DNA of 63,758 nucleotides, the filler included, from Neoconidiobolus thromboides FSU 785 (lineage: Eukaryota; Fungi; Entomophthoromycota), in the NCBI GenBank assembly GCA_025603075.1. It is 9 parts of 9 records of this genome, joined end to end, with 100 filler letters (N's around TTAATTAATTAA, not from the genome) between each part and the next. Parts side by side here need not be neighbours in the genome. Positions count along the whole stretch, not along the records: positions 33,345 to 62,564 come from MU626493.1; 8 more parts are not named here. The stretch is one strand, 5' to 3'. This document shows, piece after piece, positions 36,864 to 49,077 of the stretch. Under the pieces are notes generated by a model that saw only the letters and a list, made by a program, of their open reading frames with translations, searched no databases and had not been told where the DNA came from. The stretch's first letter is position 1, and every line of letters begins with the position of its first letter. Made by a program: the position numbers and the translations under genes.

Positions 36864-36914
36864 TTCTTCTATATAGCATTCCATTTTATTTTCATTTATC
36901 TATTTAATTCTTAC

Positions 36915-39375
36915 TCATTGATAAGAATTGGCTTTATGTTTAGGTATAAATGCAAAATCAGCTGGTGATTTACCTAAATACATTTCACTAAATAATAATT
37001 AATTATTGAATAAATAAATAAATAAATAAATAAATTAACTTACGTAATTTTAATCCAATCTTCAGCTTTTGAACTTAACATTAAAGTTTCTAAATCATCT
37101 CTACCAAAACAAGCTGGTGGACGATTATTGATTTTTTGAGGTAAAACTTGTAATAAGCCAACTGGTATGTAACGATGTAAAAAGGATAGCCATTCACATA
37201 AAAATCTTCTAGTATGATTAACTCCCATTGTATCTGAACCCCAATGTTCTAAACCATAATCACAAAACTTTTTAATAATATCTAATCTTTCTTTGGAAGA
37301 TATGTCTTTATATTGTTGAGTTTTAATTTCTTCAAATAACCAAGGTTTAATCAATGCACCTCTACCAACCATTATACCATCTACTAAACTTTCTTGTATT
37401 TTTTGATTATAATCTTCATAACTTAATATATCTCCATTACCAAATAAAGGCATTTTATTAGTTAATGAATGACATTCTTTTATATAATCCCAATTAGCTA
37501 ATTTAGTATATCGTTGTTGTCTTGATCTTCCATGTAAAGTACCTAATGAGCATCCCCATTCCTCAAATAATGGAATTATTGTATGAGCTATCTTTTTTTC
37601 ATGATAAATACCAGTACGAAATTTAACGGTTAATGGACAATCTAATATAGTATTCATACCACGTACCATACGTCCTAGTTTATTAGTATGACCCATTAAT
37701 GCACTACCTCCACCCTGAGATTGAATTTTGTTAATAAGATTAATTTTATTGAATAATGAATAAAGTGACTTTTTTTAATTACATTTTTATAAACAGCATC
37801 AATTGGACAACCTAAATTTATATCAACAAAATCCACTTCAAGTTCTTGATTAATTAAATCAGCACATTTAATCATATAATCAGGTCGATTGCCTGCTAAT
37901 TGAATACCAAATAAATCTTCAGATTTATGTTTTCTTACTAAAGACCATTCTGCTTTTTGTCCCTAAAATTCAATTTAAATTAATATTATAATATTATTTA
38001 TTATGTAATAATAATATTAATATTAATTTACTTGTAATAAATTGGAAGCCATAGCCATTTCACCACAAGTAATATCTACTCCAAATTCTTTACAAATTCT
38101 ACGGAAAGGTAAATTACCAACTGTTGTTAATGGAGCTAAATAAGTTTTATTTCTAAAATCAATCTTAAATTTTTAATTAGTTAATTAATTTATTTTTAAT
38201 TTATTTTTAATTTATATTATTAATATTTATTAATATTATTTTTAATTTACCAATTTCTTTTCTTTTAATGGTTCATCAAGTAATGTGTTATAAATTTGAT
38301 ATTCTTTAATAAAAAATAAATTAATAATATTAACAATATTCTATTAAAATTAAAATTATTATATTATATTACTTTCTCCTTCTTCTTTTTTTTGATTTCT
38401 TTCTTTATCTAAAGCTTCATTGACTTTATCTGATCGACTAAAATCAAACTTATTTTAAAAATAAAATACTATTCTATATGATGATAATAATATTTACTCC
38501 ACCCTTTCTTAATTTGGCTAAAAATGGCGATTCGATTTTATTTACAATTTGCGGTTCAAAGTTTTTAATTTTCTAAATATAAAAAAATTAGACTCAATAT
38601 TTCCTATTTATATAAAACTAATAAAACTAATAAAACTAATAAGACTTACCTCTTCATCTTTAACTAATTTTCCATCTTTAAAATGAGCTTTTAAATATCT
38701 ACAACGATATCCATAAGGGCATCTATTTAATTTAGTATTAATGATTCATTTTTTAAGTAATTTCGACTTCAACTTACTCTCCTTTTAAATCGAAATTAAC
38801 ACATTTTTCACCAATATCTTCTTCTTTAGTTTTTAAAAATTCTTCTAAATTATGCGAGGATTTACAACTAAAAAAAGATTGATTTGATTGAATATTTTTA
38901 AAATTTTAACTGTTGAACTAAAAAATTCTTACTTTTCCCCATGTGGACACTCTTTATCATTTGCAATACTGGAACATAACTAATTTATATTATTTAATTT
39001 ACTACTCAATAGTTTAAAATGATAACATTCTTTCTTTATTTTACAAAAATAAATAAAATAATAACTTACTTTTACTACATCTTGACTATGAGTAAACTTT
39101 CGATTTTTATTTTGTCCCCTCTCCCTTCTTTGTTTTTTATTATTTCTTGGATCATCTCTTGGATCTACTTTTTCAACTACCCCAGTACTTGATTCAGTTT
39201 CAACTTGATTCATATCTGTTTTTTTTATGAGGAATCTATTGATTTTTTATTAATGTTAATGTACTTTGAATTGATAAAATAATAGAACTAATTACTCAGC
39301 TTTAATCTTTGCAATTCCATTATCAGTATTATTATGATGATTCTCAGTATTAACTGCTGTTGCAATAGTTTCCAT
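36915..39375 (-). CDS. DUS3: tRNA-dihydrouridine(47) synthase (multi-exon)
   Basis: N-terminal [12 protein letters not shown] zinc-finger exons, [34 protein letters not shown]-terminal [10 protein letters not shown]. Confidence 0.93.
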
Positions 39376-39602
39376 ATTTTTCTATTTTATTATTATTAAT
39401 ATAATTTATTCTATCAATGCTAAAAAAACAAAACTTCAATAAGAATAAAATTCATTCAAATTTAAAATAAAAAATTTGACTAATTGAACCAATCAATCAA
39501 TTTAGAATTTGAAATAGAATTTTATTAATTTTATATATAATTTTATTTATTATATATCAATTTTATTAATCTTATTTAATAAATAAATTATTGTCCTTAA
39601 TG

Positions 39603-40538
39603 TTATCTCTTTAAATCATCAAATCTAGCTCTTAAAGCATCATCATCATTTAAACCACCTTCTGCAACGGGTGTACTTATAGCATTACTATTCATTTTAA
39701 TACCATTAGGAGCATCTACCAACTAAACAAAAGAAATCTATATTAATATCCCTATTACTAATTAAAAGAAAACTGAAACTTACCGATTGATCTAAATTAA
39801 TACCAATTTCATCTAAAACTTGACTAACAATTAAATCCGTTTCTTCTTCTTCATCATTTTCTTCATCCATTATATCATCCATAACATCATTCATCATCTC
39901 TTCTTTCATATCCATAACTTCATTTTCACGTTCAAATTCCATCATTATCTTTTGAATACCAGGTAAATTTAAACTACCATTCATCATTTTCATGGCCTAA
40001 AAAGAAGATTTTTTAAATCTTAATTTAAATTAATCTTTTAATAAAAATAATTTACTTTAGTAGCTCCTTTCATAGCTTCGGACATCTGCTGTGTTGAATT
40101 TAAAGTCTAAATAATGAATTAAAGTTACCTATAAAGTAAAAATATTTAATTTAATTTTACTTGTATTTTTAAAGAAACCGCTTGTAATTGAGTTCTCATT
40201 TGATAAAATTTTTGTATTTGTTTACGTGTACGTACTAAATCTTTAGCCATAATTTTACAAGCTCCCTAAATAAAATTCAATATTAATATACTCTTGTATA
40301 ACACTTTTCTTGTTATTTTTTATATTCATTCTTAATTTAAAATTTTATTTTATCAATTCCAACTTACCATTTGTGAATTCTTAGCACTTTTTTTGATATC
40401 ATTAATCAATTTTTTTTCTTGTTGTTCCATTTTTGTTCTCTCCCTATCAAGCTCTCTTTGTGCTTTATTTAAAGATCGTTGATGTTGTCTCAAGATTTCA
40501 CTAGGTGATTTACGTCTTCCAAATAATAAATCCATCAT
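39603..40538 (-). CDS. VPS2: ESCRT-III subunit Vps2/Did4 (CHMP2A)
   Basis: MDLLFGRRKSPSEILRQHQRSLNKAQRELDRER, IMMEFERENE, C-terminal MIM1-like DDALRARFDDLKR*. Confidence 0.93.
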
Positions 40539-40825
40539 TTTCTAAAATATTGTTTTGTTTATAAAATTTAATGTGTAAAAGAAAAATGAACTTGAATTAA
40601 TTTTTTAGTCAGAAATTAAACGCTTGAGCTATGAGGTCATTCAAAATTGAGAATAAGTTCTTAATTAGAGCTTAAATTAAAAAAAGAATATTAAAATTGA
40701 AAAAATATTTCTTATGATATATATAATGATATTTATTTCCACATAGCTTTAGAATATTCTTTCATCAAATTTTAATCCTATAATTAAAAATCCTTCATCT
40801 TACACTTTCGCTTCTTTTACTTCAT

Positions 40826-42160
40826 TTAAATAATCACTGGTTTATAATAAATCGTTGTCACATACTAAAAAAGAATAGATTAATACCTTATTATTTACCT
40901 TATTATCAAAAAAAATACTCACCTTCTTGTGATATCTAGTTGTTCCTGCTACAGCCATCACGCCATCTCTAATAGAACAAGCATAAAGATGATTTAAAAC
41001 TACATGATTAGGTACAGGTAATAACCAAGATTCATCTTGATTAATTTGAGCATCAGGTAAACTAGCATTTAATATCACTTTTTCTAAATGAGGTGGTAAA
41101 GTAGGAGGTCTTAATGGGTTATCCGATGTAGGTTTGTTGATATTAAATTCGGGTATTTCATTGGTATATTCACCTGTGGGAGAACTGGAGAGAATATCTA
41201 ATTAATTGTTAATAACCAAGAAATAAACTCAAATGTTTATTTGTTAATCTAAAATAAAATCATAGCTTTACTTACCCTGAGTATTAGAACTTTGATCTAA
41301 GCGTAATAAATTTTCATCTACTTCAATGTAATTCACCAAATTGCCATCTTGATCTGTACAAGTTAATAACTCATTACTACACTTCCATTCATCATCAACT
41401 ATAAATTTAATATGATGAATACCAATTGGGAAATTTATAACGGTCGAAAATTCATTGTTACTAATTAATAAAAAATATAAGAGTCGTTGAATTATTTGAT
41501 TTAATAGTAATAAATATTAAACTTACCATTTATTTAATGGAATCTTATGTTTCCATCCATTAAATGTACCTGTAACATATACATTTTTGGCTGGTAAATT
41601 CCATGATATCAAGGTAGATATATCTAAATATAAAATAAAATCAACATTTATTTCATTGTTAAATTAATTCACCACTTACCTTCCTTTCCTTCATTATTTT
41701 TGATCTCTTTCTTCAATTTACTCTGCTCCACTGAAAGAGATGTTCTTCTACTCAAAGTGTCTGGTAAAGAAGAAGGAAAAGAATCAGGTTGAGGTAAATC
41801 CTTAATTGGATCTCTTTTATAAGTAATAGGTTGAGAATTATATGCTTTATTTGAAGAATTCGAACTACTTGATGTATTTTTAGAATTTAATTGACTAGGT
41901 AACTCATCTGCTTGTGTTAATGGTGAACCTACAAAGGGGGATTCTCCATATTGTGAATTTTGTTGTTTGACTCGTTGGATATTATATGGTTTAGTGGAGC
42001 TTGGTTGAATAATAGCTGGGGTGGAATCTGCATGGGTTAAAGAGATACTGCTATGAACGGACTCTTTGTTAGTGGGTATAGTGGCACTAGAATTTTTTCT
42101 TGAATTTGTTCGGCTCCGTGAACCATTTAATTCTTGCATACTCGAATTACTATTGCCCAT
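40826..42160 (-). CDS. GAL83: AMPK/SNF1 kinase beta subunit (Gal83/Sip2-like)
   Basis: MGNSNSS myristoylation-type start, carbohydrate-binding-module exons (VYVTGTFNGW, KFIVDDEWKC), C-terminal PPTLPPHLEK...PNHVVLNHLY...YVTTIYYKP. Confidence 0.92.
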
Positions 42161-42405
42161 CTTTTATCTTTTTTTTAAGAATCTAAAAAGTAAATGAAAA
42201 TTTCAGGAATTTTTGGGTTAAAAAGTGCCTTTTATGCCATTTTTATTCTTTTTTATTTTAAGCTCTATTTTTATACATTTGAGAAAAAGTTAATTAAAAA
42301 TTTTAGAAAACTAAAAAACTAATTTATAAACAATGAAAAATAAAAGAATATATAATTTTTTTAAATTATTTATTTACTTTGAATTGTATATTATTATAAT
42401 CTTTA

Positions 42406-43404
42406 TTATAATCTATTATTAATCCATTCAATGGAATCTTTAAAGACTTTATCAGCTCCTAAAGCATAATGTAATTCATGTTCATAATTAGGATAAATAA
42501 TGACCTGTTTATCTTTAGAACTTACTTCATCAAAGAAAACTTTAGCAGAAGAAACAGGAACCACACGATCATGATCTCCTTGCTGAATAAGTAAAGGTAA
42601 ACTAAACTCAGCTAACTTCTTTCTGACTTCTAGAGTACCTTGTAATACCCCTAATCCACAAGCAATTCTCATCCCTCTTGAATAAGTTCTACAATCATTA
42701 CAAAAGTCTTCATCAATTTTGGGATCTTTAGCTGCTAAATTATCCATCCTTGGTACTAATATTAATCGAGGTATTAATAAATTCATTAACTTTCCAATTA
42801 ATAATAAAGGTTTGGAAGGTACTAAATCTTCTCCAAGATCAATTGATGGACAAACAGCAATTATACCATCAATATGTTTAGGATGTTCTATCCCATATTT
42901 AGTTACTGTTAATCCACCTAAGGAACCACCAGAAAGAAACAATTTATTAATAGTATATTCTTGTTTAATATCTTCAAGAATTACTTTAATTGAATTAGAC
43001 AATATATTTAAATCTTTGATTTCACAGTGAATACCATCACTACGTCCATGAAATGGCAAATCTGGTAAATGAACACGATAACCTTGATTTAAGTAATTAT
43101 GAATAACTTGAACAAATCGACCACCATAATCAGCAAATCCATGAACATGAACCAAATCTACTTTAGGTACAGGAAATTTCTCCTTATCCCAATACGTTTG
43201 ATAATAAACAGAATATTCATCTTTAATAAATTTTTCATCATGAAACAAACCATTTTCTCGGTATTTTATTTCATACTCATTTAATGGCAATGTTTTTCTT
43301 CCATACGTTTTATCCCAACTAGGATACCCAAAATAACTCAATACTGGATCAAGAAACATTTGGTAAATATCACTATTAATTATATAGTCTGCCATTGTTT
43401 TCAT
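42406..43404 (-). CDS. Monoacylglycerol lipase/lysophospholipase-like alpha/beta hydrolase
   Basis: VHGFADYGGRF, DLPFHGRSDG, GGSLGG nucleophile elbow, QGDHDRVV, HELH. Confidence 0.9.
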   Translation of the reverse strand: MKTMADYIINSDIYQMFLDPVLSYFGYPSWDKTYGRKTLPLNEYEIKYRENGLFHDEKFIKDEYSVYYQTYWDKEKFPVPKVDLVHVHGFADYGGRFVQVIHNYLNQGYRVHLPDLPFHGRSDGIHCEIKDLNILSNSIKVILEDIKQEYTINKLFLSGGSLGGLTVTKYGIEHPKHIDGIIAVCPSIDLGEDLVPSKPLLLIGKLMNLLIPRLILVPRMDNLAAKDPKIDEDFCNDCRTYSRGMRIACGLGVLQGTLEVRKKLAEFSLPLLIQQGDHDRVVPVSSAKVFFDEVSSKDKQVIIYPNYEHELHYALGADKVFKDSIEWINNRL

Positions 43405-44131
43405 ATTGTATAGTTATTAACTAAAAATTAAAAATTGGAGATGAAAAATTGAAAATTGAATTTTATATTTATTGTTATTATTTCTGCTTATTCATTAAAA
43501 TATGTACTTATTCCTTTTTACATTTAAAAATAGTTCTTAATCAATGATTGGTCCAATGATAATTATATCTCATTTATTGGCTTTTTAACATTAATTGTCA
43601 CATTACACGGAGAAATTAACTAAGTTCCATTTCTTTTTATAGTAAAATAATTTAAAACATTTGATAATTGAATACTGTATTAGGTGACAGTAGGTTTCTT
43701 TATCATTATAAGAAGTAGACAACTTGTAATATCTAATAATGCATTTATGAGTAATAAGTAGAAAGCGTTAAGTTTGTTAAAGGGTACTTTTTGAATAGAA
43801 TTGAGGCTATGGAAGGAGAGGTTGGACGGATGATAAGTTTATCCATTGATTCAATGGCCAAAAAAATCAAAAATAAATTCATATAAGGCATTTGCATTTA
43901 TTTCATGCTTTATTCAAGTACTAATAACTTTTGACTTAGTAAGTTGCATTACTTTTATATATTTTCAAACTTTTTTACTTGATAGTGTAATTGTATTGTA
44001 TTCCACTGAATCAAAAGGCTGTTATTTATGACTATTTTATTTCATTTTATTATTAATTTAACTGTATCTTATTAAATATTTCCCACTTTATGGTATAGAA
44101 CTTTTTGGACTATCGATTGAAAAGTAACATT

Positions 44132-45130
44132 GAAGATGTCTAAATTAGTTTCATTTTTTAGCCAATCTAAATATTTTAAGAACTTTGTTTATTAAATTTA
44201 GTAGAAATTCAGTTAACTTACAATATAAATTATAATAAAATAATTTAAAATTGTGTTAGGTACTTTTGCTTTTTGACAAAAAGTTGTTTTTATAGAATTT
44301 TAGAAATTCCTAGATTAGAAAAGCTTTTACTAATGTAACTTATACCAATTAAAGCTGTAATATTGTAAATAAATACATATTCCTATAGAACTTCATTAAG
44401 AAATATTTATGATTGATTACTTTATAGCCAACATTGTAAATTTGTTATAAATAGAAATTTTAATATTATAATTGCGTTATTAATGTACTACTAAATTAAT
44501 AAATAGTCGCATGAGAGGGAGTGGTTAGTTTTAAAGCTATAATAAATCCTCTTTATACAATACAAGTGTGAAATCTGGTACTCAGTGGTTAGAGTCAAAA
44601 GGTCTTAGTTTATGTGACTAAGATAGGCTTGAATTATGAAGAATAGCACATAATAGGCTGCAGACTATGTAAGACAAGTAGAATAGGCAATACTAATGTA
44701 AAATCTATGTAAAATACTATTAAGTAAGCTTAGTTGCTTTATTAAATATACAAGATATCAGGGAATAATTTAATTAAAAAGCCTCGAACTACTATACTCT
44801 AAAATCTGTTTTATACTCTGAAAAGTATAAATATCAAAATGAGAAGATAATGTTCTTTGAGATGAGGTTAGAAATCCTCATAACAAACCAAAACAAGAGC
44901 ATAGGATTGATTATCTCTGAACTCAAGAACACAGCAGCTTAGGTGATTATTATATTATAGTCAATCATGGAGCTGACAAAGCGGTATTTCACATAAGCAA
45001 TATAATAATAGTTTCTATTTATTGTTCCAATTACTTTCTTTTTAGTTATTTGTTAGCTTAGCTATTAATAACTTAAATAATATTAACCTTTAATAATTAA
45101 ATTCTATTATTCGATAAACTATTTACTTAA
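44132..45130 (-). mobile_element. 3' portion of long Sola-like element carrying nested solo LTR
   Basis: Terminus GAAGATGTCTAAATTAGTTTCAT at 44132; internal sequence is homologous to the reverse complement of 3900-4495. Confidence 0.75.
44567..44993 (+). mobile_element. Solo-LTR-like element TGTGAAAT...ATTTCACA
   Basis: TG..CA ends with 8-bp inverted termini; flanks CAAG/TAAG; homologous to four other copies in the window. Confidence 0.8.
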
Positions 45131-45135
45131 TAAGT

Positions 45136-45224
45136 GGGAATATATTTTCAAGAATTCTATTAAGAATCCTTCCGCTCAAATAGCACTTAAAAATTGAAAA
45201 GTAATGAAACTAAAAAACATTTCT
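45136..45224 (+). mobile_element. Degenerate GGGGATG MITE
   Basis: Consensus match with internal deletion. Confidence 0.75.
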
Positions 45225-45373
45225 ATATACTTTATGTATAATAGTTTTAATGGAGTTAGTACAAAAAGATCTTAATTTTTATGCTAGCATAGCTAATAAG
45301 ATTAAAAAACCAAAGATATTTTTGAAAAGTAACAAAAAAAAAACTTGTTTATTGAATACAAAACGGTGATCGC

Positions 45374-45901
45374 TTAAAGGCCGAACTTAGTACAATCAAC
45401 ATCCCCATAGCCTTGACATTTATCCCCACTAACAAAATCTTGGACCCAGAAAAAGTCATCTCTACCATAACCAAAGCATTCATTGTCACTTAACATATTT
45501 TCAAGGTGGCCAGGCGAATTTTTCCAACAAGTTAAAACATCTACAACGTTACCAGAACCTTGGCAAATATTTTCAGCACCAGCACCACCAGTGTAACCTT
45601 CAAGGTGTACACGATCTATAAATCCTTTGGTCTCTGGGGTAAATCCATCATGTGTTAAATTATCATTTTGCTTCATTGCTTCAGCATGTTTTTGTGCTGC
45701 CGCCATAACACGATAATCTAAAAGTATGTCTTTTTTACCATTTTCTCGACGTAAAGCATTCAATCGGCAGATCATTTCCTTCCCTTCTTCACTGAGCTGA
45801 CGGGATTCTTCTCCATCTCTCTTAAGTAACCTGTTACTTGGATGAGCAAGGGTATCGCTGATTAAACTAGATAATAACAATATAGTAAAGTAGGATTGCA
45901 T
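45374..45901 (-). CDS. Secreted CAP/SCP (PR-1/antigen 5-like) protein
   Basis: Signal peptide, pro-region ending LLKR, LNALRRENG, AAQKHAEAM, LTHDG, AENI, WKNSPGHLENML, GYG. Intronless. Confidence 0.92.
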   Translation of the reverse strand: MQSYFTILLLSSLISDTLAHPSNRLLKRDGEESRQLSEEGKEMICRLNALRRENGKKDILLDYRVMAAAQKHAEAMKQNDNLTHDGFTPETKGFIDRVHLEGYTGGAGAENICQGSGNVVDVLTCWKNSPGHLENMLSDNECFGYGRDDFFWVQDFVSGDKCQGYGDVDCTKFGL

Positions 45902-46234
45902 ATTAATTAGATCAATAATTAAATAATTTTTTTACAATCGAATTGTGCTGTTTATTTTGCTATTTATATGAGTGTATTCAGGCTTTAAAGTATTCTATTT
46001 ATTTCACTCAATTAATTATATTATAGCTATACTATTATATAACATTGTTGATATATTATTATCTATATAATCATTTTCTGTAATAACTCTTAGAATTTGT
46101 TTTATGCTTTGCTATTACTGTGAAATAATGGTAATTATATATTTAATTTTTTAAAAAATTACCATATATGTGTTAGTAATAACGATATTTTTTCAATTGA
46201 TTTATACTTAAATTTTTAATTTGAGCTGTAGGAG

Positions 46235-46727
46235 TATGAAATCTGGTACTCAGTGATTAGAGTCAAAAAAAGCTATTTCCTGGTTGACTACATTATAAGT
46301 CGAAAGGTTTTAGCTTATGTGACTAAGATAGACTTGGATTATGAAGAATAGTACGTGATAGACTACAGACTATGTAAAACAAATATAATAGGCAATACTA
46401 ATGTAAAATCTATGTAAAATCTATGTAAAATACTATTAAGTAAGCTTAGTCGCTTTATTAAATATACAAGATATCAGGGAATAAGTTACTTAAAAAGTCT
46501 CAAACTACTATACTCTAAAATCTGTTTTATACTCTGAAAAGTATTTATACTCTGAAAAGTATAGATATCAAAATGAGAAGATAATGTTCTTTGAGATGAG
46601 GTTAGAAATCCTCATAACAAACCAAAACAAGAGCATAGGATTGATTATCTCTGAACTCAAGAACACAGCAGCTTAGGCGACTATTATGCTATAATTAACT
46701 ATGGGACTGACAAAGCGATATTTCACA
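46235..46727 (+). mobile_element. Solo-LTR-like element (TATGAAAT...ATTTCACA)
   Basis: Homologous to 44567 and 51077 copies; two small internal tandem duplications; followed by CAAG. Confidence 0.8.
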
Positions 46728-46879
46728 CAAGTAATATAATAACAGTTTCTATGTATTATTACAATTACTTATTCTTTGACTATTTATTAGCTTAGCTATT
46801 AATAATTTAAATAATATTAACATTTAATAGTCTATTTCTATCATTCAACAAACTACTTACTTACTTAGTAAATATCGAA

Positions 46880-48529
46880 AGTTTTAAATTCTCTGTTATT
46901 TTCGTAAAGTAAGCTGGGATCGATCTTTTAATTTTTCTATTTTCTATAGATTCTATAACTTTAGTTGGAACTATAACGCTTTTTTTTGATGTATCAGATA
47001 CTGGATAACAATGTAGTTTATTGTTATATTTAATAAAGTGTAGATATTTCTTGATGGCTTATATCTCTACTATTTTTTTTGTATTTTTATTTCTTTCATA
47101 CTTTTTGAAGATTATATCTGTTTTCTCATTATTTACAGTCGAGTTATTTTACTATGCTCACAAATAAAAGTCTTAAATCTTGAAATTAATCGATTGATAT
47201 CTTCTATTTTACCTAATACTTCAAAACTACTTTTCCATTCTGAAAGATTTCTAAAATGTCCATCAACTATACTTTTTTCATGATGCTCAGGAAAAGAATT
47301 AAGATCAATATTCAAACTACTATTTATTTTATGAGTTTCTTTAAATATATAATGTGGGAACCCTTGGGATCTAAAATGATTTCCTTTATCTGCCCATATA
47401 TTAATTTTTGTAAACTTTTTAAATAAAAGCTCTGTAGAGATTAAATCGATTAAACAATCTCCTGCATATGCTGAATGATGATTTATTATTTCAGATAAAT
47501 AATCAAAGTAAACTTTGGCTATTGTTTTATCATCTTTTAGATATAGAACACCAAAACTTAATACTGATATAGCTTGCTTATTATAATGATCTGAATTTGT
47601 TGAATCTGGTCTTGTTCCTGTTTCCATGTTTTGTATAAAATCTAAAATTGTTATACAGCTTTTATTATTTGATTTTTTAATAGTTTCATTAAATGTATTT
47701 TTTTGAGTACCAACACAAAATTTATGTACTTTGTATAGCTTTTCTTCTTCATTGAAAACTTCTATCTCTACTTTATTTTTTATTGCTGTATTTATTTTAT
47801 TTTTAAATAACTTTTTTCTAACCATATACTGGGCATATAATCTCTTAGAGCATTAAAATATTTACTATATATCATTCTCCTACTTTTATTTAATATATGG
47901 GGATGTTTTTTTTAGTTTCATTACTTTTTCCACCTTTTAAGCACTATTTGAGTAGAAAAATTATTGGTAAAATCCTTAAGCAAACAAATACATCCCCATA
48001 TATTATCTGGTCGATATTTACTATCATCATTATTTTTGTTAAATCTTGATGAAATAGCTGAATCATTTAGTAAATATTGTATAATAGCTTCAATTTGCTC
48101 ATCTTTAATTTTTTTTGTATTTTTAATAATGGGTTGTAACGTTGGTCTTTTGTTATTATTATTATTACTTTTTTTTGGATAATCATATTGATTTCTATTT
48201 GTATTAAACTCAAAACTTTTACATTCACCAAAAGAATATACTGAAGCTATAGTTGATAATAACGCTACTTGTTGATTTTCGTTTCCTGTTTCCCTCAAAG
48301 CACCAATTTTGTACATTGCTTGATTAAGTTTATTATTATCGATAGTAAACTTTGATAATATATCTTTTCTTTGTTTTGTTTTATTATAAAATTCCATAAA
48401 TCCTAGGCTATTATAAGTAGCTCTTAAAATTGGCGTAAACGAATTACAATGTTTATATTGTGTGTTCTTCCCTATTATATTAAAATTTTCAAAAATTACA
48501 TTTCGAAATTTAGTTATGAAAGTTTGCAT
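46880..48529 (-). pseudogene. Sola-like DDD transposase, frameshifted and MITE-interrupted
   Basis: Candidate catalytic motifs ILDFIQN, INIWADKGNHFRS and SFPEHHEKSIVDGHF, plus upstream KYRPDNI. Split across two ORFs and a degraded tail. A matching element terminus lies at 48794-48813. Confidence 0.7.
47899..47997 (-). mobile_element. MITE inserted in transposase, ATAT target duplication
   Basis: ATAT|GGGGATG...CATCCCC|ATAT. Confidence 0.92.
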
Positions 48530-49077
48530 TTTATTTTTATTTCAACAAAACATAAAGTCAAATAACTCTATTTATATATAATTATATAATTATATAGTTA
48601 TATATTATATATCTACTGAATATTTAATAGAAATAATATAAAACATATAGTTAGAAAAATTGACTATTTAAGAAAAGGAAACAATTAAAATAAGTTTTAA
48701 ATGAAGAGATTTAACTTTGAGCTTTTTAGATTTGACCGTCACATTAGGCACAAATTTAAAATTCGAAATTTGGATTAACCTAAATAAATTCTAAAACCAA
48801 TTCGGACAACCCTAAGACTAAAATTGTATACAATTATTAGCGTTTGTATTAAAATTCATTCATATAATAGAGAATCAACATCATAAATTCAAAAGGGATA
48901 AAGGATTGAAAAATAATATCAGATAAAAAACCAAACATTAACCATTAACAAAGAGTTGTTAGAGTAACCAAGAAATATGTTTTTAATGTTAAAAATTGTT
49001 TAAAGCTAATAAACAGTAAATTTTATAATAACTGCAATAAAGATATTTCTTAGTTATTTTTAAAAGCAGAAAAACTC

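Noticed and set aside
37008-37036. (TAAA)n tract, plus (TTA)n near 60445 and TA-rich runs near 31600 and 48570
   Set aside because: Ordinary microsatellites expected at this AT content.
44567-46727. Intact LTR retrotransposon with CAP as its internal region
   Set aside because: No primer-binding site, convincing polypurine tract or gag/pol, and both LTRs are followed by the same host flank.
2486-48182. ORFs 2486-2695, 11382-11594, 14911-15132, 15107-15313 and 47964-48182 sharing FFDFITF/YLSGK-like peptides
   Set aside because: These are translations of the MITE sequence, not a protein family.
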